From assembly GCA_964304625.1 (NCBI GenBank), contig OZ199838.1:4303354-4367353 (forward strand): a stretch of DNA of 64,000 nt. The letters are read 5' to 3'. The notes under the pieces were generated by a model. It was not told the DNA's origin. It searched no databases and saw only the letters and a list, made by a program, of their open reading frames with translations. Position numbers and translations under genes: made by a program. This document shows positions 39,270 to 51,698 of this stretch, piece after piece. The stretch is from Kudoa neothunni. Lineage: Eukaryota > Animalia > Cnidaria. Each line of letters begins with the position of its first letter. Within the stretch, counting starts at the first letter, position 1.

Positions 39270-40770
39270 TCTAACACTAACAATGCGTTCTTCAAACCTC
39301 ATATTACATTGACTATTTTTATATGATATATGATAGTTGAAACAAATCAGTTCGAGTAACAAAAATACTCTATCTACTCTGAGAATTGGAACTGTTTAGT
39401 GTAGAGACCTAGGTGAATTCTCTACTGAATTTTACCTTCGATTGAGGGATACCATAGTGAATTTATGGAGTGACGCTTTCACCTCAGACTTTGTGAATAT
39501 ATTCATTTCGAAGAAGGTGGCAAGATCACCTTTGACATTAAATGGTTTTTAAAATCCTAAATAAAAAGCAGTTTTTTTTGTTTTCATCACAATTGATGGA
39601 ATAATTCGAGTCAATGATGAAGGGAAATAATGACTTATAAACCAAGTATAGATAGGGATTACGGATTTTGGGGTTTATTATTTCATCAGTTTTAATTTAT
39701 TTAGATGATAATTTAATTACTTGAAATTAAGGACTAATATTAGTAATTAGTGTGACTGTCTAACTAATAAGTACTGCTAATTTTACTCTAAATTTTTATG
39801 TCTTTTATACAATGTTAATTAAAATGAGAACAGTTATTGATACCTTAACTAAAATTACTTGTTAACATCTTTGCTAGAGGGATGCCGACTCCCATGATGC
39901 AAGCCCAATAAATATCATGCCAATCATTTCGATAAATGTTGTCATATTTACGGCTCCAAAAACATCTAATTTCATTTTCGTAGAAAGACAAATTTATATT
40001 TTAGCCTAATAATTAAGTTGAAATAAATAGTTCATAAAATTATTCTATGATTCGATTATTTCGCAGACTTTTTAATATGTTGAGAAAAGACATTATTCTA
40101 GGTATCGAATACCAATTAGAATCCCCCTAGAGCTGTAAATTACTCCTAAAATTAAAAGTAATTCTTTATAGGCAATTACTTTTTAAGTGTATTTTAAAAA
40201 ATTAATATGAGTAATAAAAACGAAATTTTTCAATTAAAATTACTTTATAAATTAAGGAGACCTTTATCTTCTCATCTAAATTTAATATTACAATATTTAA
40301 AGAAGCAATAATCATCTTGTAACTTAATAAATTTAAAATAAACTTACAACAATAAAAATTGGATATTGAATCTAAAATTTTTTGCTATAAAATTTAAATA
40401 TTTTAAAATTAATTAATATATATCTATTACACATACACACAAACGGGATGAACTTACGTCATTTCTTTTTTATAGTGCACATCCCCTAAGATTATTGTTC
40501 TGGAATTTCTAATGAGCAGACGTGAATAAGTAGTTTGTTTATTGAATATTATACTATAATAGGTTATATTAATAGGTATGTTTTGCATTTAATGTTTCAC
40601 CATGGGGGAAAATGAAGATTGGGGGAAACTGTTTTGTGTATTTTACCTAAATTTATTATTATTGTTGTTATAATGAGCGGATAACGTCTCAGCTGTCAAT
40701 CTAATCTGATCTCCGACCCTAAATTTCAACGTTTCTGAATAATCTAACTTTCACCAACTACGCTTTAAAG

Positions 40771-41074
40771 CAGTAGTTTTCAACCGGGGTCAGCGAAGTT
40801 TAGTTGGGGGATCCACAGTATCGAAAATGAAGAAAATAATAATAGGAATCTATTGACAATTTCATGTTGTTTAAGTCCTTGGCGTTGTCGAATAAATTTT
40901 AGAAATAATGTATTTTAGTATTTTAATGAATAAATGCATTTATATTATTTACAAACCTTGTATTTTATTTGTTTAAGATTCTCTCAATAATATATATATA
41001 TATATATATATATGAATTACAAGGCAACTAGAGCTGGTCAAGAGATCCACGATTCCAAAGATTGAAAACCATTA
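40771..41074. mobile_element. hAT MITE (degenerate)
   Basis: CAGTAGTTTTCAA / TTGAAAACCATTA termini with internal GATCCAC subterminal motifs; TSD decayed. Confidence 0.6.
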
Positions 41075-41744
41075 ATTTATATATTTATAAAAAATAATTC
41101 ATAATATTGAGTTGAAAAAAATTGTGCATGACTTTAATTTGGATTAATTATTGAAATTTATACTTTAGATATGTTTAATGAAAATATAATAAATACTGAC
41201 AGAGATATTTAAACTACATTAATTAATTAAGTTGAATAAATTTATATAAATATTATCGATAAAAATACAATAAATTATAACACATGGTAAAAATGTTTTA
41301 AGAAAAATTATATAAACTAAAACTCGATGTATTCATGAGGAAAAATTATTTTTATTATTTTAGCGTCATTATAAATTGTGAGAATTGATAATGCTTAAAA
41401 TAAAAAGTAATTAAAAAAACAATTTACATAATTATAAATAAAGACATACAATAATTTAATAAAAAGCTTTTATATAGTATATAACGATTAAATATCAATT
41501 TAATTGTATTTTGAAGGATATAATACGTGCAAAATAATTTCCATTAAATTTCCAGCTACAAACAAGCATTTCAATTGAAATTATTTACAGCTTTAATGAT
41601 AATTATACATTAAAACCTACATAAAAATATAAAAAGTAAATGAGTACGGTGATAAACTTTGACCTGAAAATTCTGCAGTAATAAAATAACTTTATGTGTT
41701 TATGGGCAATCACAAAAATGAACGGTGTCTGAAGAATTATCCCT

Positions 41745-42256
41745 TTCGAAGCATGCCTGGACAATATGGCTTAGCGGTGTTAGGTCGAGATCGCATACCT
41801 TGAGGTTGTGAAATCGAGGCCTACTCCTGGAGTTCATTTATTCCTAATCCAAAATTAAGTAGGAAGGCTGTAGTAAATCGCAAGGATCTACGATTTATCG
41901 TGGCCTTGCTTGCAGCTGGGAGGTGAACCTGGCAGAAGGGTAGATCTTTGGCGCTCGTAAACGCCAGGGTACAGGGACGAAATACAACCCAGTAGGGGGT
42001 TTCCGTATAGCCGACGCTCGCATTCAGACGACTTTCCAAACTAATTCTAGGTTAGTCCAGGGTATGGTTGGGGTGGTGATTGCTCCCGAAACAAAGATGT
42101 TTAGTGAGTTAAAATCCCACACTACCTTATAAACGTAAGTCGCCTTAATATGACTCTGCGGCGCATAGAGCAAAGCGTAAATGGAGAAGGCCTAACCAGC
42201 CCGAACTTCACAACCTAACAAGTTGCGCCGGGGTTTGATCTTGTAAACAAAAAAAC
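41745..42256 (+). other. GC-rich structured non-coding island (SINE/non-LTR UTR fragment or ncRNA)
   Basis: Roughly 50% GC in a much more AT-rich background; multiple hairpins, long-range end-to-end pairing, A-rich 3' tail; no credible ORF. Confidence 0.5.
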
Positions 42257-43468
42257 AACGATGATTCAGTTACGCAAATCACAAATTAAATACCATTATT
42301 ACATTACATTATCAAGATTAGAAAATAGTAATTAATCTCGTTCAGTTTATTTTTTAGTGAAATCACCAACTGAGGTGCCATATACGGAAATGGCTATTGG
42401 GTCGATAAACAATATTCAAGTGGCACTAGTTTAGACTATATAAATAATTCAATCTGCGAACAGCTTGTAAGTAAGAGTTCCTGGGATTAACAATTTACAA
42501 TGCGCAAGCGTATATGGCGTTTAGGATTAAATTTTTCTTTGCCTATGGCCTCTGCCACCATAAATAGTTAACCCGGGATATTTACTCTTAAAAATAATAT
42601 TACAGGATTAATGTTAAGATGTAAAGTCATTACTGGAACCAAATCATTACTTTTAAGTTTGAACTATGAAAACGGCCTTGCCTTTCCCATATAATTAATG
42701 AATAATATACAATTTTTAATTATTATAAAATTTTATTATATCGCTTTCATCAGTTTTTATCTTTTTACCTATCCCTAGATTATTTTTTAGATTCCGAAGA
42801 AAGCTGATAAAAATATGCCTACAAAATTTTTTTATTATACAGCGATAATTATTGAGTCAATATCAAATAATTTCATAAAATAGATTCGGGCTATAGTGCC
42901 TCCCAGAAATACGATAATTTGAATGTGTTACAGAGAAAAAAATTGTAACACAAATTTCATTAATCTAACACCTAAACAAGTTCTAGATTTTGAAAGAAGC
43001 TTTAATTTCTGCAAAAAAAATATTAGCGCACCTTAATATTTTTAAAATAGAAATTACCATATTGGATAAGATTATCCAAGTAAAATCGAGAACAAATTAG
43101 TGGAATCCTACCCTATCACGAGAATTAATGGGAACACTCCATATTAATTCCTCTTTATAATATGTATTAAATCGTTTTAGTAGGAAAAATCTGCTTTCAT
43201 GTAATATACTTTCCTTAACTCATTCAAATATACTCAAGGAGATTATTTGTAAGTTGTGGGAGCTAACGATAGTGCATTAAACATTTCCGAACTAGATTGT
43301 TCGAGATTTATTTACATAATTTCTCACAATTTCTCCAATATTCGGAGGGGAGAATATTTTAAAATTCTAAATGACACGTTCAAATAATCTCTTAAATACA
43401 ACCGTTTAAAAAGAAGCCATTATACATTGAGTTCGTTTGATCGATTTATGTCACTTAGCTCATTAGGA

Positions 43469-44049
43469 CAAGGTCCTCAAAAATTTTTTCAAATTTACCC
43501 TAAAACTTGAAAGTCAAATCCATACTTACTTTAAGATTACATACTGATTTAACTAAGTCAGAGGCATTTTGCATGGTAGATTCTAACCCAAAATGGCACA
43601 TACGCCTGTGTAATGACTACTTTTAATCTCTGCAACTCTTACTCACAAGCTGTCTCAAAATTCTATTTTTTTAGAATTTTTTACATTAAATTATTTCAGA
43701 CCTTTCTTTCCTTCTTAGAAGGCAGAAATAATTAAAAATAATCAAAACTAGTGACACTTAAATATTATTTACAATGCATATTGCAACTTTGAGTATTATT
43801 ATTATTATTATTATTTGGCTACACCACTAAAAAATAAACGATCTATAAAAGGGAGAGACTGATAGTAGCCTTATAAATAGTTGTTACACATTCCTAAAAA
43901 CATTTTAAGCATTGCTGACAACTTCTTATTGAGTTTATTAATCCTAAATATGATTCCTTCGACATCTTTAAGTCGTAAACCGCATTATGCCAAAATTGCC
44001 ATTATTTAATTTTGATGTCACTTGATTAACCCCCGGTTGAGAACCAGTG
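43469..44049. mobile_element. hAT MITE, uninterrupted sister of 33899-36214
   Basis: TSD cattagga/cattagta; right TIR CCCCGGTTGAGAACCAGTG; collinear internal similarity with 35720-36214. Confidence 0.85.
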
Positions 44050-44381
44050 CATTAGTAGGTCGGAGGATTATGTGACCAGCGTTTATCAGGTCAGACATGA
44101 ATGAACTAGTTGGGAACATAAAACTTAACATTAATCTGGTTTAATTCAAAAAATAGTGAGTAAATTATCATTTAATCCCTCAAACTTATTTGAACAAGCT
44201 CATGAGTCATATCAGTCAACATTTAAACTCAGCAGAATTTTTTAAATCTCATAAGATTTCAGTTAATTCAATCTCGACCGCTCTCCAAAATTATAATGTA
44301 ACCGCATCTCTAAAATTTTTGGCCCAAAACTATAAAATCAATTTTTCGAGTCCATAAAATTATTCGAGATAATAGTGCGAT

Positions 44382-45558
44382 TTAAGATGATTTCACTTCA
44401 TCAACTCCTGGAATATAATCCAAGATAAATGTTTTTATATCTTCCAATTCCTAATGGAAAAATATGATATAACAATTGCGAATATGATACAGTGTGATAC
44501 TTGGACTTCAGAAGAATGCCCCATCTTCTTGTATTCTTTAACCAAAGGAGCGTAATCAATCGAATTAAGTGCATTCTGTGTCGCATAAAAGTAATTTGGC
44601 AGCACTAGTGTATCGGCTAATCCTATACTCCATTTTAATAATTAATTAGCTGAAGGAATAAATCATTTATTTTCTAATTAGAAAGTCATTTACCATGACA
44701 TAACAACAAAGGTGTTGTTTTGTTGGTTTTGTTCAGTAGCTAATTGGAGTTAAACATTCACAATATGCATTATTACTTTTCCATTGACAAAATCTTCAGC
44801 GATAGGAAGATAAGCGCTAAGAATAATAGCGCCACCCAATTTGATATCAGTTGTGAGAAAGTTGTACAATGCAACAACTCCCCCTTGAGAAAATCCACCT
44901 ATAATTATATTCTCCGAGGGCACACCTGATTCTATTTCCTTTTTACACAATTCGGTTACTAATCAATGTAAAACCGAAAATATTACATAAACCAGTGTTT
45001 AAAATTTATTACAATAGTTGGAAGAAAGTTTGATATTAGCGTGATCTTCGCTTTCCTGCTCTTCCAATGATTTAATATCATACCACGCGGGCATTGTCAT
45101 GCCATAATTAAGTGTGACGGGCATATCATTACTAGGAACAATCAATTCGAAAATAATTGTAGTTAAATTACGCATGTGGACATACACATTTCACGAATGA
45201 AGGCATATATTGAGAAAGCTCGCAACACCAACTCTCACTAATTGTAATAGTCAACAACTTAAAAAAAAGAGAAATTATTAGGCTACACACCCTTGATCGC
45301 CTAGTCCATGTAGAAAAAGGAGCTAAACACCAAAAATCCAAGTCAACCACATAAACGCCAACCACAAAGATGAAAAGTTACAGTTAGTTTGTGATGGGAT
45401 CCACGAGGGGCAGCAACTTCAGGCCTCTTGAATTTATTCAATATTTCGGAACTCATCTCTTTCGACTCAGAAAAATGTCTGAAGCAACTGTATAATCTTC
45501 TGAACGCAAGATTAAAACAAGAAAATCCGTACATCTGACTACGGCTGCGCGAAATCAT
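44382..45558 (-). CDS. LYPLA1: Acyl-protein thioesterase / lysophospholipase (APT1/LYPLA family), multi-exon
   Basis: LLFLHGLGDQG, CVCPHA, PVTLNYGMTMPAWYDI, IIIGGFSQGG (catalytic Ser), LLCHG/LADTLV (Asp), MGHSS (His), ELEDIKTFI. Core ATG at 45456; upstream in-frame ATGs at 45534 and 45558. Confidence 0.93.
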
Positions 45559-46843
45559 TACCTTGATATTAGGCTATTATCTTCGCTAAATATTGTTTAA
45601 TATTTTATTTAGAATTTTGTTGATGCCTTTCTTATTAGATATTAATTGTTAAAGATATTTTTGATGTGGTCTTTATTGTTATTGTCCATTTCGTGCATTT
45701 TTCTAATAGAGGGATGCAATATATGTTTATCATTCCATATCTATAATATTATTAAGATATTTAAAATTAAGTCGAATTTTAAGTTAGATTTGATAAATTT
45801 CATATGAAGTTGTAGTGATATGATCTTTGTGGAAATAATAAATAAATTTTTTGCGTTTTTTGGAATTAGCGATATCTTTTTAAATGTAGTGATGATTTAT
45901 GTTTTGAATACACTCTCCTAATACGACGGATTATATATCGAATTAAATTCGACATGTGCCAGTCCCCTTCTATGCAGGTGCAAACATTATTATTATTAGT
46001 CTTTAATAAAAACTCATTGTAGAAAATGTTATAGAATAATTATTGATTTTTTTCTGGATGCAATAGATTTCTTGAATTTTATTATCACTTTCAGGTGAAT
46101 CATTACATTGAATTGAATTTGTGGATTCAATAACGGGTCTCACTCTGACACAGTTAAGCGTTCTTAATACACTATAAATAAAGTATAGAATAAAATAAAA
46201 CTCCTTCAACATATGAGTATGCGAAATTGTTGAAAATAGCATAAATGACTTTCTCCACGAATTCTAATGAAGGAGAAAAAATCAGAAAAATTTGCGGTTA
46301 AGGTTAGGTTTCATACAGTTCCTAAATCTGGGTATTAAAATTGATTCTATTACATTTACTTTCTTTAAAAAAATATTTATTACGGATTTGATTATATTTA
46401 TTAGAGCAATTTTTATTTATTTATACGCCATATTAAGTCAGATTAAACTACAATAATTTATTCGCTATATAATCCACCAGATTAACGGGGTGTACTCTAA
46501 ACTGGAATCGGAATTTGAGTTCCGGTTTGAATCTGAAGTATTAATGAAATCGTAACTAATCGTTTACCGATTCAATCCAGAAAAGTGGTCATATAGCTTG
46601 ATTTCCCCGATTTATTAAGTTGTCAGGCTATCTACATAATTTTTGCGATATTTTTTAAACGCGCCTTATGATTTATTTGGTTAAATTGCAGAATAATGGT
46701 CGAAGTTTCAGATTAAAAATTATAATTACAGTAACGGAGCGCTCGTACATACATTATTATTTTCCTTATTAAAGGTTCTCTCATATTTAATATAATTAAT
46801 ATAATTTAAAAAATTATATAATGTTAGAATTACATTTATTAGA

Positions 46844-47990
46844 TTTACTATATATATAAAGCTGAAATGTCTGTGTGTGTCAGCAAGTACGCATGTACAA
46901 CAATATTTTTTCCTTATAGAGAGACATTTATGGAATTTTTTAAAACTCAACATGTTTCGAAAAATCTTTAAATCTTTTTCACACAGCCAAAAATTCCCCA
47001 AAGTGTTTAGAAAATGATGAATAAGTCGTTTCAAAGTTTGTTTTTCGGATTACTTGAGTTCAACCATAGGATTAACGCCTGCTGATGGTCGATGAAAGTT
47101 AATTTTCCCCTTTATATGCTCTATCAAATGTCAATTAAGCGGTGCCATCTATCTTTAGATGTAAGGTTGGCTTTTATATTTTGGTCTTTGTGCAATTACA
47201 CTCCTTATTTGTGGAATTTAAATATACTTGACAGGATAAACACGTTTTGAAATTTCCATTAATGGTTTTAGATATGATAAAAAGTCTATGTTTGCGTAAT
47301 TAGTAGCGATTTGGTAAGGAATTCGATAATCAGATAGATTGAAGCTTTATGACACAAACACCATGTCCGTAGATTTTATTGAAGTCACCCGCTAAGTTTA
47401 ACCTTCTGTGATTAAATTCGATTCAGATGGTTGTACTTTTATTTCATCTTATTATTTTAATTATTTATGTTGATATTGGCTCGATCTGAAACTGTTTATG
47501 AGAAATCGTGCAATAACGTTCATGCCGGGACAAGGGATAATAATTTGAGCATTAAAAATCAATTATCGTAAATTTTCTTTTATTTCCTTATCTCTTTTTA
47601 CCTCCCCAGTAAAGCATGACAAAAACTTTCTGAGTCAGGTCAGAATCGGCTTTGAAAAATCCACTGGCCAAAAAATAACATTTTAGACGAAATTTTAAGG
47701 TAATTTAAATAATTCGGGAATATAGAAAAAAATGACATGGACCTTAAATTATTTTGCATTGGTGCCGGTTCATGAAATTTTTAAATGAACACCGGGGTTG
47801 ATACGTCCCTCCACAGAAATAATCAAAATTTTAATTTCTTCAATCCAAATCGTTAATGTATGATGCTTAAAATTTTTTAGTTATTTTTCTTCTATGGGTT
47901 AATTCACGACTTCAATTTATTTTGTGAATGTTATTAAGAAGCGTGTCTCTGCGAAATCTTCCTCAAGCAACGCTGGGTAATTCACGCTAG
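46844..47990 (+). mobile_element. Non-autonomous Helitron
   Basis: 5' A|TTTACTATATATATAAAG..GTCTGTGTGTGTC; 3' CAAGCAACGCTGGGTAATTCACGCTAG|T (hairpin plus CTAG, A/T insertion site); second copy at 16.9 kb. Confidence 0.75.
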
Positions 47991-49006
47991 TAGTTGAATA
48001 CAAGAAAATGATTATTAGCACGGTAAATAATTTTCAGATGTCATTAGTTTTTACTATGTTTAATTATTTCTTACCTCTAAGAGCGAAGTGGCGTTCTAAA
48101 AATAATAAATCTGTACACAGCTTGTGAGTAAGAGTTGTCGGGATTAAAAATTCCCATTGTACAGGCGTAAATATCTTTGGAACTATAATTTGCTGTGCTA
48201 ATAGTTAGAGGATAAGACGGTGCGGTTTCGGTTATTTTTGGAACATTTGTCGGTTTTTTATATTTTTTACTATAATTTTTAATTTGTTCAGTGTAAAAAA
48301 TAAGTAAATTACTAATAAGAATATTTTGGAAACTATTTTTTGATTAATCTTGCTAACTTTATCAACTCCAAGCTAGATCTTAACTACCATATCCATATAT
48401 GCCTAGATATTTAAAGTCGTTTGTTTGACCTTGATGACCACTCATTAGAACAGAGTGTGGGTCTTGAATTGACAACCCGAAAAATTTTATTTATCTTGTT
48501 TACCGTGGAAGTCTCCACATTTAAAGAAGAATTCAAAGCCGCATCATTTGATATTCAATCCCTTTTTTATGTGCTATTTTCAGAAACCTCCTAATAGTAA
48601 TACTTATAGCAATGTTCAAAATTGAGATATTGCTCATTGCAACTAACTTGGAAATATCAACATTTAGACTGCAGTACAAGAGACTTTTTCATGCAAGGTT
48701 ATTGTAACGCGGCAGCGACAAGCTATAGAAAACACGGTTCAACAAAACTAACCACGCCACCGACGACGAACCTCGACCATAACATAAAGGTGATGATTAA
48801 TTATATTAGGTTCACTACAGTTATGATTTCAGTTTGCACTTTAGTGTAAAAAATTTCTATTTTTTAGTATATCAGCGATTGGGAATGTGACGCGATCAAG
48901 GAATCAGCATTAATGGACAATAATAAGAAGGGTATCCGAACTTATTCGTTATCTATGCTAACGTCACAGTTATGATTGCAGTTTGCAGTTATGTTTGAGT
49001 AATGGT

Positions 49007-50118
49007 CAGCGTTGCCAACCGTGTCCGATTTTTTCTGAGTCCTGTTTTGTCCGATTTTTACTCTTGTTCTTCGAAAGAATGAATAATTGCAAAACAATGT
49101 TTCAACGATATGGAGTCATTGCAAATTTACAAAAAATGGAATTTAATCGTTGCTGATTTCATTACGAGAAATCTTCGAGTAGATAATTTTTTACTTGGAA
49201 CAATGCTTTATTTCAAATTAAAATGTCTGCAATAGAAGTTTACCAAACTCAAGATACAATTAGAAATTTTAATAATTCGTAAAATCCACGTAACGTAAAA
49301 ATTGAGCTTAAAAACATGTCAAAAATTTATTAAAATGAACACATTTTTATATGTTATGCTCCTGTTAAGATCAACATTTTGGAATTTTTACGATTATTAG
49401 CAATAAGACATAAGTTTATCATGACCACGAACCATTTTAGAATAAGTACGAAGGGATTTTTGTGTTTGAATTTAAAAAAAGACTCTGATGTTGGTGATAT
49501 CCAATGCTAAGTTATCATTACAAGTGTTTATTATCAATTTTCAGAGAATTCTAATTTTAGGTATTACCCGAACAAATTATAATTTAACTAAATATTATCT
49601 ACTTGACTAAGATTTCTTAATTTTAATAAATAAATGGTCGCACATAATAATAAAATCTCATCTAGGTATAGTTGTTACGCGTTATTCGAAAATCGAACCA
49701 GAGGCTGTAATAAAATTGTTTGATATTAAAGGAAGTGAATAGGCTCAAATACAAAGTTTGTTTGATTAGATTATTAACAATCGCCTTTTTGGTGATTGTT
49801 TATCGGCAAATAAATTTTAATTCTATTGGAAAATAGAGCACATCCTTACTTCCTCTAGCTCTGATTAACGCTTCTCCAGAAAGAGTATTTTCTCTTCTGA
49901 AATTATCGGAAACATCAGAAGATATATAATTTTGTGCTCAACATTAGATAATCTTGTTCTAATGAGTAAATTTTTCAACACATCGACAAAATGATGTCAT
50001 AAATTAACGTAATATATATATATATATATATAATTAAATATTAGTTCCGTTGTTACAAAAAATTCTGATTTGTCCAGAAAAGTTTTTGCCGTATGCCCGA
50101 TTTGGGTTGGCAACGCTG
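49007..50118 (+). mobile_element. Internally deleted hAT element
   Basis: Perfect 14-bp TIR CAGCGTTGCCAACC; internal NASPERVFSLLK (~49868-49903), the hAT C-terminal dimerisation motif; no TSD visible. Confidence 0.85.
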
Positions 50119-50461
50119 CTCGTAACAACGCATTTACTTTTTGTGGTGAATGTTAGAATGGAAATAGATAATAATTTCCAATAATTTAATTAAAGGTATT
50201 GTTAAACGGTTTCAGTTTTAAATTTTCGTTTTTCTGCTTAGCTAAATCTGAATCGATCTTAATCCTTATTCATTATAGTGAAATTATTCACAAAAATTCC
50301 ACATATAATTGAGTTTTTAAAATTATTTTAAATCGGTTCTTTATCATTCTATTAGTTACTGAATGAGAGGATTCAAAATTCGGAAGGTTAAAATTCACGT
50401 AGGCACATGCGTATTGACATATGTTTTAATTTTAAAAGTTTGGAGAATTTTGTCATAAAAA

Positions 50462-51322
50462 ATGATTCATGTTAGTTATTTGATACAAATATAAATTGAG
50501 CTAGACGAATCTAATTTTACTTTAATACTTAAATTTTAAATTAGACTTAGGTTGCGCGGGCAGTTTCGACCAAATTTCAAATGAAGGCTTTCGTACAATC
50601 ACGATCTTTCCTACCATCACTTAGCAAATTTCAGATGATTAAAATAATTAACAATATATTTCCTGATTATACCAGAAGGTCGATGAGCGAGGTTATTAGA
50701 AGCACCTCTGAAATTAAAGAAAAAACTGAACTCGACAGAAAACTAGAATCTATCAATTTTACGCTCAATGATGCGGGGCTTGATGATTGTTTGTCTATAC
50801 CTTACCACTCAGAAGAACAAATACAACAAATTGTTATTGATAATCTTGTAATGTTTGGTGTGGAACGAGAATTGGTACGTGTTAGGTTGATGTTGTTATA
50901 TTTCATTGATTTATAGATAACATTGGATTGCGATCTTGTTGATGATATTGGCATAAATCGATTTGATATGTTGCAACTTATTGAAAGTGTAGAAAAATAC
51001 ATAAGTAAATGATCGAATTAGTAGTTTTTTTACTTTTGGATGGAATAACTTTGTTAGATTTTTCAATGTTGGATGACGATGCTTTACAATGCAGAACTGT
51101 CAGACAAATAGCCAATCGTCTTTACACTATTCTTATGTATGATAAAGCTGACCAACTACATCGCGGCCCTTATTATTGTCCATGTAATTATTAAATGTGA
51201 TTTTTGTCAATGTGTTATGGATTTTAGCTGACTATGAAATGTACCATACATTCTGCCTTAAAATTGATGAGCTTTCATATGTGGACTATCTCAAATATTT
51301 GTTTTCATCAAAAGAAAGATAA
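50462..51322 (+). CDS. Mitochondrial acyl carrier protein homolog (NDUFAB1-like) lacking the phosphopantetheine serine
   Basis: Exons 50462-50470, 50551-50874, 50917-51004, 51058-51183, 51228-51322. Basic Ser/Arg-rich presequence. Core ITLDCDLVDDIGINRFDMLQLIESVEKYINFSMLDDDALQCRTVRQIANRL aligns without gaps to E. coli ACP [51 protein letters not shown]. Confidence 0.8.
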
Positions 51323-51698
51323 TCTATTAGGGTAAACCTGATAAAGTGTTTTTACTATATGTGTTTGAATTATTTTTGCATTTTGTCTATTTTTTCGCTT
51401 TAGTATAATTTTTAAAATATGCGGCAATTATTCCTATTAAATTTTATAATTGGAAAATCAACGAATATCTAATTCTACTTATGTTGTTTTAATTGTGATA
51501 TGATTGGAATGTATAAATTTTTGGCAGTGAGTGACAAATTTTAAGGAATAAAAAAAGTAGTTTAAATCGAGTGAGATCGCTAATTCTAAGAACACGATCA
51601 TAATTTTGAGCTAGTAGATGTGTGGACTTAAGTATATAAGTATTAGCTAGTCTTTTGTGTGGATGCTATTCAATAATTTCAATATTACAATCTTACTA

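Noticed and set aside
39400-40760. Possible minus-strand PAP2-like gene (ETLKFRVG, NSFPQ, SRKYDN..WHD fragments)
   Set aside because: Motif spacing is wrong, frames contain stops and no coherent spliced model could be built.
41720-42035. RNase P RNA (GTCTGAA at 41728 could pair with TTCAGAC at 42023, P4-like)
   Set aside because: CR-I consensus GGAAnnUCnGnG is not matched, no P1 helix closes at that position, and the structured island extends ~220 nt further.
41821-42039. 72-aa minus-strand ORF in the GC-rich island
   Set aside because: TTG start, no motif; expected by chance at higher GC.
42185-42220. Telomerase RNA template (CCTAAC motifs)
   Set aside because: No CTAACCCTAA template repeat is present.
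48817-48988. 22-bp direct repeat ACAGTTATGATT(T/G)CAGTTTGCA, 150 bp apart
   Set aside because: Only two units in a eukaryotic context; not CRISPR, probably a TE-internal duplication.
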